Both the position numbers and the translations under genes were made by a program. A model generated the notes under the pieces. It saw only the letters and a list, made by a program, of their open reading frames with translations, was not told the DNA's origin and made no database searches. From Eledone cirrhosa (lineage: Eukaryota): 64,000 nucleotides of DNA. Below, piece after piece: positions 15,301 through 32,500 of the stretch; positions within the stretch are counted from its first letter, which is position 1, and every line of letters begins with the position of its first letter. The stretch spans positions 43,462,001 to 43,526,000 of the forward strand of contig OZ024756.1 in NCBI GenBank assembly GCA_964016885.1. Reading direction: 5' to 3'.

Positions 15301-18300
15301 CACAATAGAGACAGACATTGGACACACACTAGAGAGAGACATTGGACACACACTAGAGACAGACATTGGACACACACTAGAGACAGGCATTGGACACACA
15401 CTAGAGACAGACATTGGACACACACAAGAGACAGATATTGGACACACACTAGAGACAGACATTGGACACACACACTGGAAACAGACATTGGACACACACT
15501 AGAGACAGACATTGGACACACACTAGAGACAAAGATCGGACACACACACTAGAGACAGACATTGGACACATACTAGAGACAGACATTAGACACACACACC
15601 AAAGACAGACATTGGACACACACTAGAGACAGACATTGGACACACACTAGAGACAGACATTGGACACACATTAGAGACAGACATTAGACACACACTAGAG
15701 ACAGACATTGTACACACACTAGAGACAGACATTGGAGACACACTAGAGACAGACATTAGACACACACTAGAGACAGACATTGGACACACACTAGAGACAG
15801 ACATTGGACACACAATAGAGACAGACATTGGACACACACTAGAGAGAGACATTGGACACACACTAGAGACAGACATTGGACACACACTAGAGACAGACAT
15901 TGGACACACACTAGAGACAGACATTGGACACACACTAGAGACAGACATTGGACACACACAAGAGACAGATATTGGACACACACTAGAGACAGACATTGGA
16001 CACACACACTGGAAAGAGACATTGGACACACACTAGAGACAGACATTGGACACACACTAGAGACAAACATTGGAAACACACACTAGAGAGAGACATTTGA
16101 CATGCACTAGAGACAGACATTGGACACACACTAGACAGACATTGGACACACACTAGAGACAGACATTGGACACACACTAGAGACAGACATTGGACACATA
16201 CTAGAGACAGACATTAGACACACACACCAAAGACAGACATTGGACACACACTAGAGACAGACATTGGACACACACTAGAGACAGACATTGGACACACATT
16301 AGAGACAGACATTAGACACACACTAGAGACAGACATTGTACACACACTAGAGACAGACATTGGAGACACACTAGAGACAGACATTAGACACACACTAGAG
16401 ACAGACATTGGACACACACTAGAGACAGACATTGGACACAATAGAGACAGACATTGGACACACACTAGAGAGAGACATTGGACACACACTAGAGACAGAC
16501 ATTGGACACACACTAGAGACAGACATCGGACACACACTAGAGACAGACATTGGACACACACTAGAGACAGACATTGGACACACACTAGAGAGAGATATTG
16601 GACACACACTAGACGCAGACATCGGACACACGCTAGAGACAAACATTGGACACACACACTAGAGAGAGACATTGGACACGCACTAGAGACAGACATTGGA
16701 CACACACTAGACAGACATTGGACACACACTAGAGACAGACATTGGACACACACTAGAGACAGACATTGGACACACACTAGAGACAGACATTGGACACACA
16801 CTAGAGACAGACATTGGACACACACTAGAGACAGACATAGGACACACACTAGAGACAGACATTGGACACACACTAGAGACAGACATTGGACACACACTAG
16901 AGACAGACATTGGACACACACTAGAGACAGATATTAGACACACACTAGAGACAGACATTGGACACACACTAGAGACAGACATTGGACACACACTAGAGAC
17001 AGACATTGGAGACACACTAGAGATAGACATTGGACACACACTAGAGAGAGACATTGGACACACACTAGAGACAGACATTGGACACACACTAGAGACGGAC
17101 ATTAGACACACACTAGAGACAGACATTGGACACACACTAGTGAGAAATATTGGACACACACACTAGAGACAGACATTGGAGACACACTAGAGACAGACAT
17201 TGGACACACACTAGAGACAGACGTCGGACACACTAGAGAGAGACATTGGACACACACTAGAGACAGACATTGGACACACACTAGAGAGAGATATTGGACA
17301 CACACTAGACGCAGACATCGGACACACACTAGAGACAAACATTGGACACACACACTAGAGAGAGACATTGGACACGCACTAGAGACAGACATTGGACACA
17401 CACTAGAGACAGACATTGGACACACACTAGAGAGAGACATTGGACACACACAAGAGACAGATATTGGACACACACTAGAGACAGACATTGGACACACACA
17501 CTGGAAACAGACATTGGACACACACAGTAGAGACAGCCATTGGACATACACACCAGAGAGAGACATTGGACACACACTAGACAGACATTGGACACACACT
17601 AGAGAAAGACATTGGACACACACTAGAGACAGACATTGGACACACACTAGAGACAGACATTGGACACATACTAGAGACAGACATTAGACACACACACCAA
17701 AGACAGACATTGGACACACACTAGAGACAGACATTGGACACACACTAGAGACAGACATTGGACACACATTAGAGACAGACATTAGACACACACTAGAGAC
17801 AGACATTGTACACACACTAGAGACAGACATTGGAGACACACTAGAGACAGACATTAGACACACACTAGAGACAGACATTGGACACACACTAGAGACAGAC
17901 ATTGGACACACAATAGAGACAGACATTGGACACACACTAGAGAGAGACATTGGACACACACTAGAGACAGACATTGGACACACACTAGATACAGACATCG
18001 GACACACACTAGAGACAGACATTGGACATACACTAGAGACAGACATTGGACACACACTAGAGAGAGATATTGGACACACACTAGACGCAGACATCGGACA
18101 CACGCTAGAGACAAACATTGGACACACACACTAGAGAGAGACATTGGACACGCACTAGAGACAGACATTGGACACACACTAGACAGACATTGGACACACA
18201 CTAGAGACAGACATTGGACACACACTAGAGACAGACATTGGACACACACTAGAGACAGACATTGGACACACACTAGAGACAGACATTGGACACACACTAG

Positions 18301-19845
18301 AGACAGACATTGGACACACACTAGAGACAGACATTGGACACACACTAGAGACAGATATTAGACACACACTAGAGACAGACATTGGACACACACTAGAGAC
18401 AGACATTGGACACACACTAGAGACAGACATTGGAGACACACTAGAGATAGACATTGGACACACACTAGAGAGAGACATTGGACACACACTAGAGACAGAC
18501 ATTGGACACACACTAGAGACGGACATTAGACACACACTAGAGACAGACATTGGACACACACTAGTGAGAAATATTGGACACACACACTAGAGACAGACAT
18601 TGGAAACACACTAGAGACAGACATTGGACACACACTAGAGACAGACGTCGGACACACACTAGAGAGAGACATTGGACACACACTAGAGACAGACATTGGA
18701 CACACACTAGAGAGAGATATTGGACACACACTAGACGCAGACATCGGACACACACTAGAGACAAACATTGGACACACACACTAGAGAGAGACATTGGACA
18801 CGCACTAGAGACAGACATTGGACACACACTAGAGACAGACATTGGACACACACTAGAGAGAGACATTGGACACACACAAGAGACAGATATTGGACACACA
18901 CTAGAGACAGACATTGGACACACACACTGGAAACAGACATTGGACACACACACTAGAGACAGACATTGGACACACACAGTAGAGACAGCCATTGGACATA
19001 CACACCAGAGAGAGACATTGGACACACACTAGACAGACATTGGACACACACTAGAGAAAGACATTGGACACACACTAGAGACAGACATTGGACACACACT
19101 AGAGACAGACATTGGACACATACTAGAGACAGACATTAGACACACACACCAAAGACAGACATTGGACACACACTAGAGACAGACATTGGACACACACTAG
19201 AGACAGACATTGGACACACATTAGAGACAGACATTAGACACACACTAGAGACAGACATTGTACACACACTAGAGACAGACATTGGAGACACACTAGAGAC
19301 AGACATTAGACACACACTAGAGACAGACATTGGACACACATTAGAGACAGACATTGGACACACAATAGAGACAGACATTGGACACACACTAGAGAGAGAC
19401 ATTGGACACACACTAGAGACAGACATTGGACACACACTAGAGACAGACATCGGACACACACTAGAGACAGACATTGGACACACACTAGAGACAGACATTG
19501 GACACACACTAGAGAGAGATATTGGACACACACTAGACGCAGACATCGGACACACGCTAGAGACAAACATTGGACACACACACTAGAGAGAGACATTGGA
19601 CACGCACTAGAGACAGACATTGGACACACACTAGACAGACATTGGACACACACTAGAGACAGACATTGGACACACACTAGAGACAGACATTGGACACACA
19701 CTAGAGACAGACATTGGACACACACTAGAGACAGACATTGGACACACACTAGAGACAGACATAGGACACACACTAGAGACAGACATTGGACACACACTAG
19801 AGACAGACATTGGACACACACTAGAGACAGACATTGGACACACAC
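3345..19845 (+). repeat. Tandem duplication of an 8.2-kb block (copy 1 about 3345-11600, copy 2 about 11600-19845)
   Basis: Marker CAGTAGACGCAG at about 3417 and 11643 (+8226). ORF pairs: 3861/12087, 5205/13431, 5750/13976 and 6889/15115 (+8226); 7384/15586 (+8202); 8507/16707 and 9484/17684 (+8200); 10302/18526 and 10912/19136 (+8224). Confidence 0.92.
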
Positions 19846-20849
19846 TAGAGACAGATATTAGACACACACTAGAGACAGACATTGGACACACACTAGAGAC
19901 AGACATTGGACACACACTAGAGACAGACATTGGAGACACACTAGAGATAGACATTGGACACACACTAGAGAGAGACATTGGACACACACTAGAGACAGAC
20001 ATTGGACACACACTAGAGACGGACATTAGACACACACTAGAGACAGACATTGGACACACACTAGTGAGAAATATTGGACACACACACTAGAGACAGACAT
20101 TGGAGACACACTAGAGACAGACATTGGACACACACTAGAGACAGACGTCGGACACACACTAGAGAGAGACATTGGACACACACTAGAGACAGACATTGGA
20201 CACACACTAGAGAGAGATATTGGACACACACTAGACGCAGACATCGGACACACACTAGAGACAAACATTGGACACACACACTAGAGAGAGACATTGGACA
20301 CGCACTAGAGACAGACATTGGACACACACTAGAGACAGACATTGGACACACACTAGAGAGAGACATTGGACACACACAAGAGAGAGATATTGGACACACA
20401 CTAGAGACAGACATTGGACACACACACTGGAAACAGACATTGGACACACACACTAGAGACAGACATTGGACACACACAGTAGAGACAGCCATTGGACATA
20501 CACACCAGAGAGAGACATTGGACACACACTAGACAGACATTGGACACACACTAGAGACAGACATTGGACACACACTAGAGACAGATATTGGACACACACT
20601 AGAGACAGACATTGGACACACACTAGAGACAGAAATTGGACACACACTAGAGAGAGACATTAGACACACACTAGAGACAGACATTGGACACACACTAGAG
20701 ACAGACATTGGACACACACTAGAGACAGACATTGGACACACACTAGAGACAGACATTGGACACACTAGAGACAGACATTGGACACACACTAGAGACAGAC
20801 ATTGGACACACACTAGACACACACACCAGAGACAGACATTGGACACACA

Positions 20850-23800
20850 TGAGAGACAGACATTGGACACACACTAGACACACACACCAGAAACAGACAT
20901 TGGACACACACTAGAGACAGACATTGGACACACACGAGAGACAGACATTGGACACACACTAGAGACAGACATTGGACACACACTAGACAGACATTGGACA
21001 CACACTAGAGACAGACATTGGACACACACTAGAGACAGACATTAGACACACACTAGAGACAGACATTGGACACACACTAGAGACAGACATTGGACACACA
21101 CTAGAGACAGACATTGGACACACACTAGAGACAGACATTGGACACACACTAGAGACAGACATTGGACACACACTAGAGACAGACATTGGACACTCACTAG
21201 AGACAGACATTAGACACACACTAGAGACAGACATTGGACACACACTAGAGACAAACATGGGACACACACACTAGAGAGAGACATTTGACATGCACTAGAG
21301 ACAGACATTGGACACACACTAGACAGACATTGGACACACACTAGAGACAGACATTGGACACACACTAGAGACAGACATTGGACACATACTAGTGACAGAC
21401 ATTAGACACACGCACCAAAGACAGACATTGGACACACACTAGAGACAGACATTGGACACACACTAGAGACAGACATTGGACAGACATTAGAGACAGACAT
21501 TAGACACACACTAGAGACAGACATTGTACACACACTAGAGACAGACATTGGAGGCACACTAGAGACCGACATTAGACACACACTAGAGACAGACATTGGA
21601 CACACACTAGAGACAGACATTGGACACACAATAGAGACAGACATTGGACACACACTAGAGAGAGACATTGGACACACACTAGAGACAGACATTAGACACA
21701 CACTAGAGACAGACACTGGATACACACTAGAGACAGACATTGGACACACACTAGAGACAGACATTGGACACACACAAGAGACAGATATTGGACACCCACT
21801 AGAGACAGACATTGGACACACACACTGGAAACAGACATTGGACACACACACTAGAGACAGACATTGGACACACACACTAGAGACAGCCATTGGACATACA
21901 CACTAGAGAGAGACATTTGACACACACTAGACAGACATTGGACACACACTAGAGAAAGACATTAGACACACACTAGAGACAGACATTGGACACACACTAG
22001 AGACAGACATTGGACACACACTAGAGAAAGACATTGGACACACACTAGAGACAGACATTAGACACACACTAGAGACATACATTGGACACACACTAGAGAC
22101 AGACATTGGACACACACTAGAGACAGACATTGGACATACACTAGAGACAGACATTGGACACACTAGAGACAGACATTGGACACACACTAGAGACAGACAT
22201 TGGACACACTCTAGACACACACACCAGAGACAGACATTGGACACACACTAGAGACAGACATTGGACACACACTAGAGACAGACATTGGACACACATGAGA
22301 GACAGACATTGGACACACACTAGACACACACACCAGAGACAGACATTGGACACACACTAGAGACAGACATTGGACACACACGAGAGATAGACATTGGACA
22401 CACACTAGAGACAGACATTGCACACACACTAGAGACAGACATTAAACACACACTAGAGGCAGACATTGGACACACACTAGAGACAGACTTGGACACACAC
22501 TAGAGACAGACATTGGACACACACTAGAGACAGACATTGGACACACAGTAGAGAGAGATATTGGACACACACACTAGAGACAGACATTGAACACACACTT
22601 GAGACAGACATTGGACACAGACTAGAGACAGACGTTGGGCACACACACTAGAGACAGACATTGGACACACACTAGAGACAGACATTGGACACACACTAGA
22701 GACAGACATTGGACACACACTAGAGACATACATTGGACACACACTAGTGAGAGACATTGGACACACACTAGAGACAGACATTAGACACACACTAGAGACA
22801 GACATTAGACACACACTAGAGACAGACATTCGAAACACACTAGAGACAGACATTCGACACACACTAGAGACAGACATTGGACACACACTAGAGACAGACA
22901 TTAGACACACACTAGAGACAGACATTGGACACACTTGAGACAGACATTGGACAAACACTAGAGACAGACATTGGACACACACTAGTGAGAGACATTGGAC
23001 ACACACTAGAGACAGACATTGGACACACACTAGAGACAAACATTGGACACACACACTAGAGAGAGACATTAGACACACACTAGACAGACATTGGACACAC
23101 ATTACAGACAGACATTGGACACACACTAGAGACAGACATTGGACACACACTAGAGACAGACATTGGACACACACTAGAGACAGACAAGCGACACACACTA
23201 GAGACAGACATTAGACACGCACTAGAGACAGACATTGGACACACACTAGAGACAGACATTGGAGACACACTAGAGACAGACATTAGACCCACACTAGAGA
23301 CAGACATTGGACACACACTAGAGACATACATTGGACACACACTAGAGACAGACTTTGGACACACACTAGAGACAGACATTGGACATACACACTAGAGAGA
23401 GATATTGGACACACACACTAGAGACAGACATTGGACACACACTAGAGACAGACATTGGACACACACCAGAGACAGACTTTGGACACACACTAGAGACAGA
23501 CATTGGACATACACACTAGAGAAAGACATTGGACATACACACTAGAGACAGACATTGGACACACATTAGAGACAGACATTGGACACACACTAGAGATAGA
23601 CATTGGACACACACTAGAGACAGACATTAGACACACACTAGAGACAGACATTGGACACACACTAGACACAGACATTGGACACACACACTAGAGAGAGACA
23701 TTGGACACGCACTAGAGACAGACATTGGACACACACTAGACAGGCATTGGACACACACTAGAGAGAGATATTGGACACACCCTAGACGCAGACATCGGAC

Positions 23801-26800
23801 ACACGCTAGAGACAAACATTGGACACACACACTAGAGAGAGACATTGGACACGCACTAGAGACAGACTTTGGACACACACTAGACAGACGTTGGACACAC
23901 ACTAGAGACAGACATTGGACACACACTAGACAGACATTGGACACACACTAGAGACAGACATTGGACACACACTAGAGACAGACATTGGACACACACTAGA
24001 GACAGACATTGGAGACACACTAGAGACAGACATTGGACACACACTAGAGACAGACATTGGACACACACTAGAGACAGACATTGGACACACACTAGAGACA
24101 GACATTGGACACACACTAGAGACAGACATTGGACACACACTAGAGACAGACATTGGACACACACTAGAGACAGACATTGGACACACACTAGAGACAGACA
24201 TTGGACACACACTAGAGACAGACATTAGACACACACTAGAGACAGACATTGGACACACACTAGAGACAAACATTGGACACACACACTAGAGGGAGACATT
24301 TGACATGCACTAGAGACAGACATTGGACACTCACTAGACAGACATTGGATACACACTAGAGACAGACATTGGACACACACTAGAGACAGACATTGGACAC
24401 ATACTAGTGACAGACATTAGACACACACACCAAAGACAGACATTGGACACACACTAGAGACAGACATTGGACACACACTAGAGACAGACATTGGACACAC
24501 ACTAGACACACACACCAGAGACAGACATTGGACACACACTAGAGACAGACATTGGACACACACTAGAGACAGACATTGGTCACACACTAGAGACAGACAT
24601 TGGACACACACTAGTGAGAGACATTGGACACACAATAGAGACAGACATTGGACACACACTAGAGACAGACATTGGACACACACTAGAGACAGACATTGGA
24701 CACACATGAGAGACAGACATTGGACACACACTAGACACACACACCAGAAACAGACATTGGACACACACTAGAGACAGACATTGGACACACACGAGAGACA
24801 GACATTGGACACACACTAGAGACAGACATTGGACACACACTAGACAGACATTGGACACACACTAGAGACAGACATTGGACACATACTAGTGACAGACATT
24901 AGACACACGCACCAAAGACAGACATTGGACACACACTAGAGACAGACATTGGACACACACTAGAGACAGACATTGGACAGACATTAGAGACAGACATTAG
25001 ACACACACTAGAGACAGACATTGTACACACACTAGAGACAGACATTGGAGGCACACTAGAGACCGACATTAGACACACACTAGAGACAGACATTGGACAC
25101 ACACTAGAGACAGACATTGGACACACAATAGAGACAGACATTGGACACACACTAGAGAGAGACATTGGACACACACTAGAGACAGACATTGGACACACAC
25201 AAGAGACAGATATTGGACACCCACTAGAGACAGACATTGGACACACACACTGGAAACAGACATTGGACACACACACTAGAGACAGACATTGGACACACAC
25301 ACTAGAGACAGCCATTGGACATACACACTAGAGAGAGACATTTGACACACACTAGACAGACATTGGACACACACTAGAGAAAGACATTAGACACACACTA
25401 GAGACAGACATTGGACACACACTAGAGACAGACATTGGACACACACTAGAGACAGACATTGGACACACACTAGAGACAGACATTAGACACACACTAGAGA
25501 CATACATTGGACACACACTAGAGACAGACATTGGACACACACTAGAGACAGACATTGGACACACACTAGAGACAGACATTGGACACACTAGAGACAGTCA
25601 TTGGACACACACTAGAGACAGACATTGGACACACTCTAGACACACACACCAGATACAGACATTGGACACACACTAGAGACAGACATTGGACACACACTAG
25701 AGACAGACATTGGACACACATGAGAGACAGACATTGGAGACACACTAGACACACACACCAGAGACAGACATTGGACACACACTAGAGACAGACATTGGAC
25801 ACACACGAGAGACAGACATTGGACACACACTAGAGACAGACATTGGACACACACTAGAGACAGACATTAAACACACACTAGAGGCAGACATTGGACACAC
25901 ACTAGAGACAGACTTGGACACACACTAGAGACAGACATTGGACACACACTAGAGACAGACATTGGACACACAGTAGAGAGAGATATTGGACACACACACT
26001 AGAGACAGACATTGAACACACACTAGAGACAGACATTGGACACAGACTAGAGACAGACGTTGGGCACACACACTAGAGACAGACATTGGACACACACTAG
26101 AGACAGACATTGGACACACACTAGAGACAGACATTGGACACACACTAGAGACATACATTGGACACACACTAGTGAGAGACATTGGACACACACTAGAGAC
26201 AGACATTAGACACACACTAGAGACAGACATTAGACACACACTAGAGACAGACATTCGAAACACACTAGAGACAGACATTCGACACACACTAGAGACAGAC
26301 ATTGGACACACACTAGAGACAGACATTAGACACACACTAGAGACAGACATTGGACACACTTGAGACAGACATTGGACAAACACTAGAGACAGACATTGGA
26401 CACACACTAGTGAGAGACATTGGACACACACTAGAGACAGACATTGGACACACACTAGAGACAAACATTGGACACACACACTAGAGAGAGACATTGGACA
26501 CGCACTAGAGACAGACATTAGACACACACTAGACAGACATTGGACACACATTACAGACAGACATTGGACACACACTAGAGACAGACATTGGACACACACT
26601 AGAGACAGACATTGGACACACACTAGAGACAGACAAGCGACACACACTAGAGACAGACATTAGACACGCACTAGAGACAGACATTGGACACACACTAGAG
26701 ACAGACATTGGAGACACACTAGAGACAGACATTAGACCCACACTAGAGACAGACATTGGACACACACTAGAGACATACATTGGACACACACTAGAGACAG

Positions 26801-29800
26801 ACTTTGGACACACACTAGAGACAGACATTGGACATACACACTAGAGAGAGATATTGGACACACACACTAGAGACAGACATTGGACACACACTAGAGACAG
26901 ACATTGGACACACACTAGAGACAGACTTTGGACACACACTAGAGACAGACATTGGACATACACACTAGAGAAAGACATTGGACATACACACTAGAGACAG
27001 ACATTGGACACACATTAGAGACAGACATTGGACACACACTAGAGATAGACATTGGACACACACTAGAGACAGACATTAGACACACACTAGAGACAGACAT
27101 TGGACACACACTAGACACAGACATTGGACACACACACTAGAGAGAGACATTGGACACGCACTAGAGACAGACATTGGACACACACTAGACAGGCATTGGA
27201 CACACACTAGAGAGAGACATTGGACACACACTAGAGACAGACATTGGACACACACTAGAGACAGACATCGGACACACACTAGAGACAGACATTGGACACA
27301 CACTAGAGACAGACATTGGACACACACTAGAGAGAGATATTGGACACACACTAGACGCAGACATCGGACACACGCTAGAGACAAACATTGGACACACACA
27401 CTAGAGAGAGACATTGGACACGCACTAGAGACAGACTTTGGACACACACTAGACAGACGTTGGACACACACTAGAGACAGACATTGGACACACACTAGAC
27501 AGACATTGGACACACACTAGAGACAGACATTGGACACACACTAGAGACAGACATTGGACACACACTAGAGACAGACATTGGAGACACACTAGAGATAGAC
27601 ATTGGACACACACTAGAGACAGACATTGGACACACACTAGAGACAGACGTTGGACACACACTAGAGACAGACATTGTACACACACTAGAGACAGACATTG
27701 GAGGCACACTAGAGACAGACATTAGACACACACTAGAGACAGACATTGGACACACACTAGAGACAGACATTGGACACACACTAGAGACAGACATTGGACA
27801 CACACTAGAGACAGACATTGGACACACACTAGAGACAGACATTGGACACACACTAGAGACAGACATTGGACACACACTAGAGACAGACATTGGACACACA
27901 CTAGAGACAGACATTAGACACACACTAGAGACAGACATTGGACACACACTAGAGACAAACATTGGACACACACACTAGAGGGAGACATTTGACATGCACT
28001 AGAGACAGACATTGGACACTCACTAGACAGACATTGGATACACACTAGAGACAGACATTGGACACACACTAGAGACAGACATTGGACACATACTAGTGAC
28101 AGACATTAGACACACACACCAAAGACAGACATTGGACACACACTAGAGACAGACATTGGACACACACTAGAGACAGACATTGGACACACACTAGACACAC
28201 ACACCAGAGACAGACATTGGACACACACTAGAGACAGACATTGGACACACACTAGAGACAGACATTGGTCACACACTAGAGACAGACATTGGACACACAC
28301 TAGTGAGAGACATTGGACACACAATAGAGACAGACATTGGACACACACTAGAGACAGACATTGGACACACACTAGAGACAGACATTGGACACACATGAGA
28401 GACAGACATTGGACACACACTAGACACACACACCAGAAACAGACATTGGACACACACTAGAGACAGACATTGGACACACACGAGAGACAGACATTGGACA
28501 CACACTAGAGACAGACATTGGACACACACTAGACAGACATTGGACACACACTAGAGACAGACATTGGACACACACTAGAGACAGACATTAGACACACACT
28601 AGAGACAGACATTGGACACACACTAGAGACAGACATTGGACACACATGAGAGACAGACATTGGACACACACTAGACACACACACCAGAAACAGACATTGG
28701 ACACAGACTAGAGACAGACATTGGACACACACGAGAGACAGACATTGGACACACACTAGAGACAGACATTGGACACACACTAGACAGACATTGGACACAC
28801 ACTAGAGACAGACATTGGACACACACTAGAGACAGACATTAGACACACACTAGAGACAGACATTGGACACACACTAGAGACAGACATTGGACACACACTA
28901 GAGACAGACATTGGACACACACTAGAGACAGACATTGGACACACACTAGAGACAGACATTGGACACACACTAGAGACAGACATTGGACACTCACTAGAGA
29001 CAGACATTAGACACACACTAGAGACAGACATTGGACACACACTAGAGACAAACATGGGACACACACACTAGAGAGAGACATTTGACATGCACTAGAGACA
29101 GACATTGGACACACACTAGACAGACATTGGACACACACTAGAGACAGACATTGGACACACACTAGCGACAGACATTGGACACATACTAGTGACAGACATT
29201 AGACACACGCACCAAAGACAGACATTGGACACACACTAGAGACAGACATTGGACACACACTAGAGACAGACATTGGACAGATATTAGAGACAGACATTAG
29301 ACACACACTAGAGACAGACATTGTACACACACTAGAGACAGACATTGGAGGCACACTAGAGACCGACATTAGACACACACTAGAGACAGACATTGGACAC
29401 ACACTAGAGACAGACATTGGACACACAATAGAGACAGACATTGGACACACACTAGAGAGAGACATTGGACACACACTAGAGACAGACATTAGACACACAC
29501 TAGAGACAGACATTGGACACACACTAGAGACAGACATTGGACACACAATAGAGACAGACATTGGACACACACACTGGAAACAGACATTGGACACACACAC
29601 TAGAGACAGACATTGGACACACACACTAGAGACAGCCATTGGACATACACACTAGAGAGAGATATTTGACACACACTAGACATACATTGGACACACACTA
29701 GAGAAAGACATTGGATACACACTAGAGACAGACATTGGACACACACTAGAGACAGACATTGGACACACACTAGAGACAGACATTGGACACACACTAGAGA

Positions 29801-32500
29801 CAGACATTAGACACACACTAGAGACATACATTGGACACACACTAGAGACAGACATTGGACACACACTAGAGACAGACATTGGACACACACTAGAGACAGA
29901 CATTGGACACACATGAGAGACAGACATTGGACACACACTAGACACACACACCAGAGACAGACATTGGACACACACTAGAGACAGACATTGGACACACACG
30001 AGAGACAGACATTGGACACACACTAGAGACAGACATTGGACACACACTAGAGACAGACATTAAACACACACTAGAGGCAGACATTGGACACACACTAGAG
30101 ACAGACTTGGACACACACTAGAGACAGACATTGGACACACACTAGAGACAGACATTGGACACACAGTAGAGAGAGATATTGGACACACACACTAGAGACA
30201 GACATTGAACACACACTTGAGACAGACATTGGACACAGACTAGAGACAGACGTTGGGCACACACACTAGAGACAGACATTGGACACACACTAGAGACAGA
30301 CATTGGACACACACTAGAGACAGACATTGGACACACACTAGAGACATACATTGGACACACACTATAGACAGACATTGGACACACAATAGAGACAGACATT
30401 GGACACACACTAGAGACAGACATTGGACACACACTAGTGAGAGACATTGGACACACACTAGAGACAGACATTAGACACACACTAGAGACAGACATTAGAC
30501 ACACACTAGAGACAGACATTCGAAACACACTAGAGACAGACATTCGACACACACTAGAGACAGACATTGGACACACACTAGAGACAGACATTAGACACAC
30601 ACTAGAGACAGACATTGGACACACTTGAGACAGACATTGGACAAACACTAGAGACAGACATTGGACACACACTAGTGAGAGACATTGGACACACACTAGA
30701 GACAGACATTGGACACACACTAGAGACAAACATTGGACACACACACTAGAGAGAGACATTGGACACGCACTAGAGACAGACATTAGACACACACTAGACA
30801 GACATTGGACACACATTACAGACAGACATTGGACACACACTAGAGACAGACATTGGACACACACTAGAGACAGACATTGGACACACACTAGAGACAGACA
30901 AGCGACACACACTAGAGACAGACATTAGACACACACTAGAGACAGACATTGGACACACACTAGAGACAGACATTGGAGACACACTAGAGACAAACATTAG
31001 ACCCACACTAGAGACAGACATTGGACACACACTAGAGACATACATTGGACACACACTAGAGACAGACTTTGGACACACACTAGAGACAGACATTGGACAT
31101 ACACACTAGAGAGAGATATTGGACACACACACTAGAGACAGACATTGGACACACACTAGAGACAGACATTGGACACACACTAGAGACAGACTTTGGACAC
31201 ACACTAGAGACAGACATTGGACATACACACTAGAGAAAGACATTGGACATACACACTAGAGACAGACATTGGACACACATTAGAGACAGACATTGGACAC
31301 ACACTAGAGATAGACATTGGACACACACTAGAGACAGACATTAGACACACACTAGAGACAGACATTGGACACACACTAGACACAGACATTGGACACACAC
31401 ACTAGAGAGAGACATTGGACACGCACTAGAGACAGACATTGGACACACACTAGACAGGCATTGGACACACACTAGAGAGAGACATTGGACACACACTAGA
31501 GACAGACATTGGACACACACTAGAGACAGACATCGGACACACACTAGAGACAGACATTGGACACACACTAGAGACAGACATTGGACACACACTAGAGAGA
31601 GATATTGGACACACACTAGACGCAGACATCGGACACACGCTAGAGACAAACATTGGACACACACACTAGAGAGAGACATTGGACACGCACTAGAGACAGA
31701 CTTTGGACACACACTAGACAGACATTGGACACACACTAGAGACAGACATTGGACACACACTAGACAGACATTGGACACACACTAGAGACAGACATTGGAC
31801 ACACACTAGAGACAGACATTGGACACACACTAGAGACAGACATAGGACACACACTAGAGACAGACATTGGACACACACTAGAGACAGACATTGGACACAC
31901 ACTAGAGACAGACATTGGTCACACACTAGAGACAGACATTGGACACACACTAGAGACAGACATTGGAGACACACTAGAGATAGACATTGGACACACACTA
32001 GAGACAGACATTGGACACACACTAGAGACAGACATTGGACACACACTAGAGACAGACATTGTACACACACTAGAGACAGACATTGGAGGCACACTAGAGA
32101 CAGACATTAGACACACACTAGAGACAGACATTGGACACACACTAGAGACAGACATTGGACACACACTAGAGACAGACATTGGACACACACTAGAGACAGA
32201 CATTGGACACACACTAGAGACAGACATTGGACACACACTAGAGACAGACATTGGACACACACTAGAGACAGACATTAGACACACACTAGAGACAGACATT
32301 GGACACACACTAGAGACAAACATTGGACACACACACTAGAGGGAGACATTTGACATGCACTAGAGACAGACATTGGACACACACTAGACAGACATTGGAT
32401 ACACACTAGAGACAGACATTGGACACACACTAGAGACAGACATTGGACACATACTAGTGACAGACATTAGACACACACACCAAAGACAGACATTGGACAC
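20850..32500 (+). repeat. Three imperfect copies of a 3.4-4.3-kb higher-order unit
   Basis: The ordered markers CACGCACCAAAG, GAGACCGAC, ATTAAAC..GAGGCAG, ACTTGG, GTTGGGC, TTCGAAAC, ACAAGCG and GACCCAC recur three times. ORF triplets: 21402/24899/29199, 22524/25949/30142, 23490/26939/31204. Confidence 0.85.
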
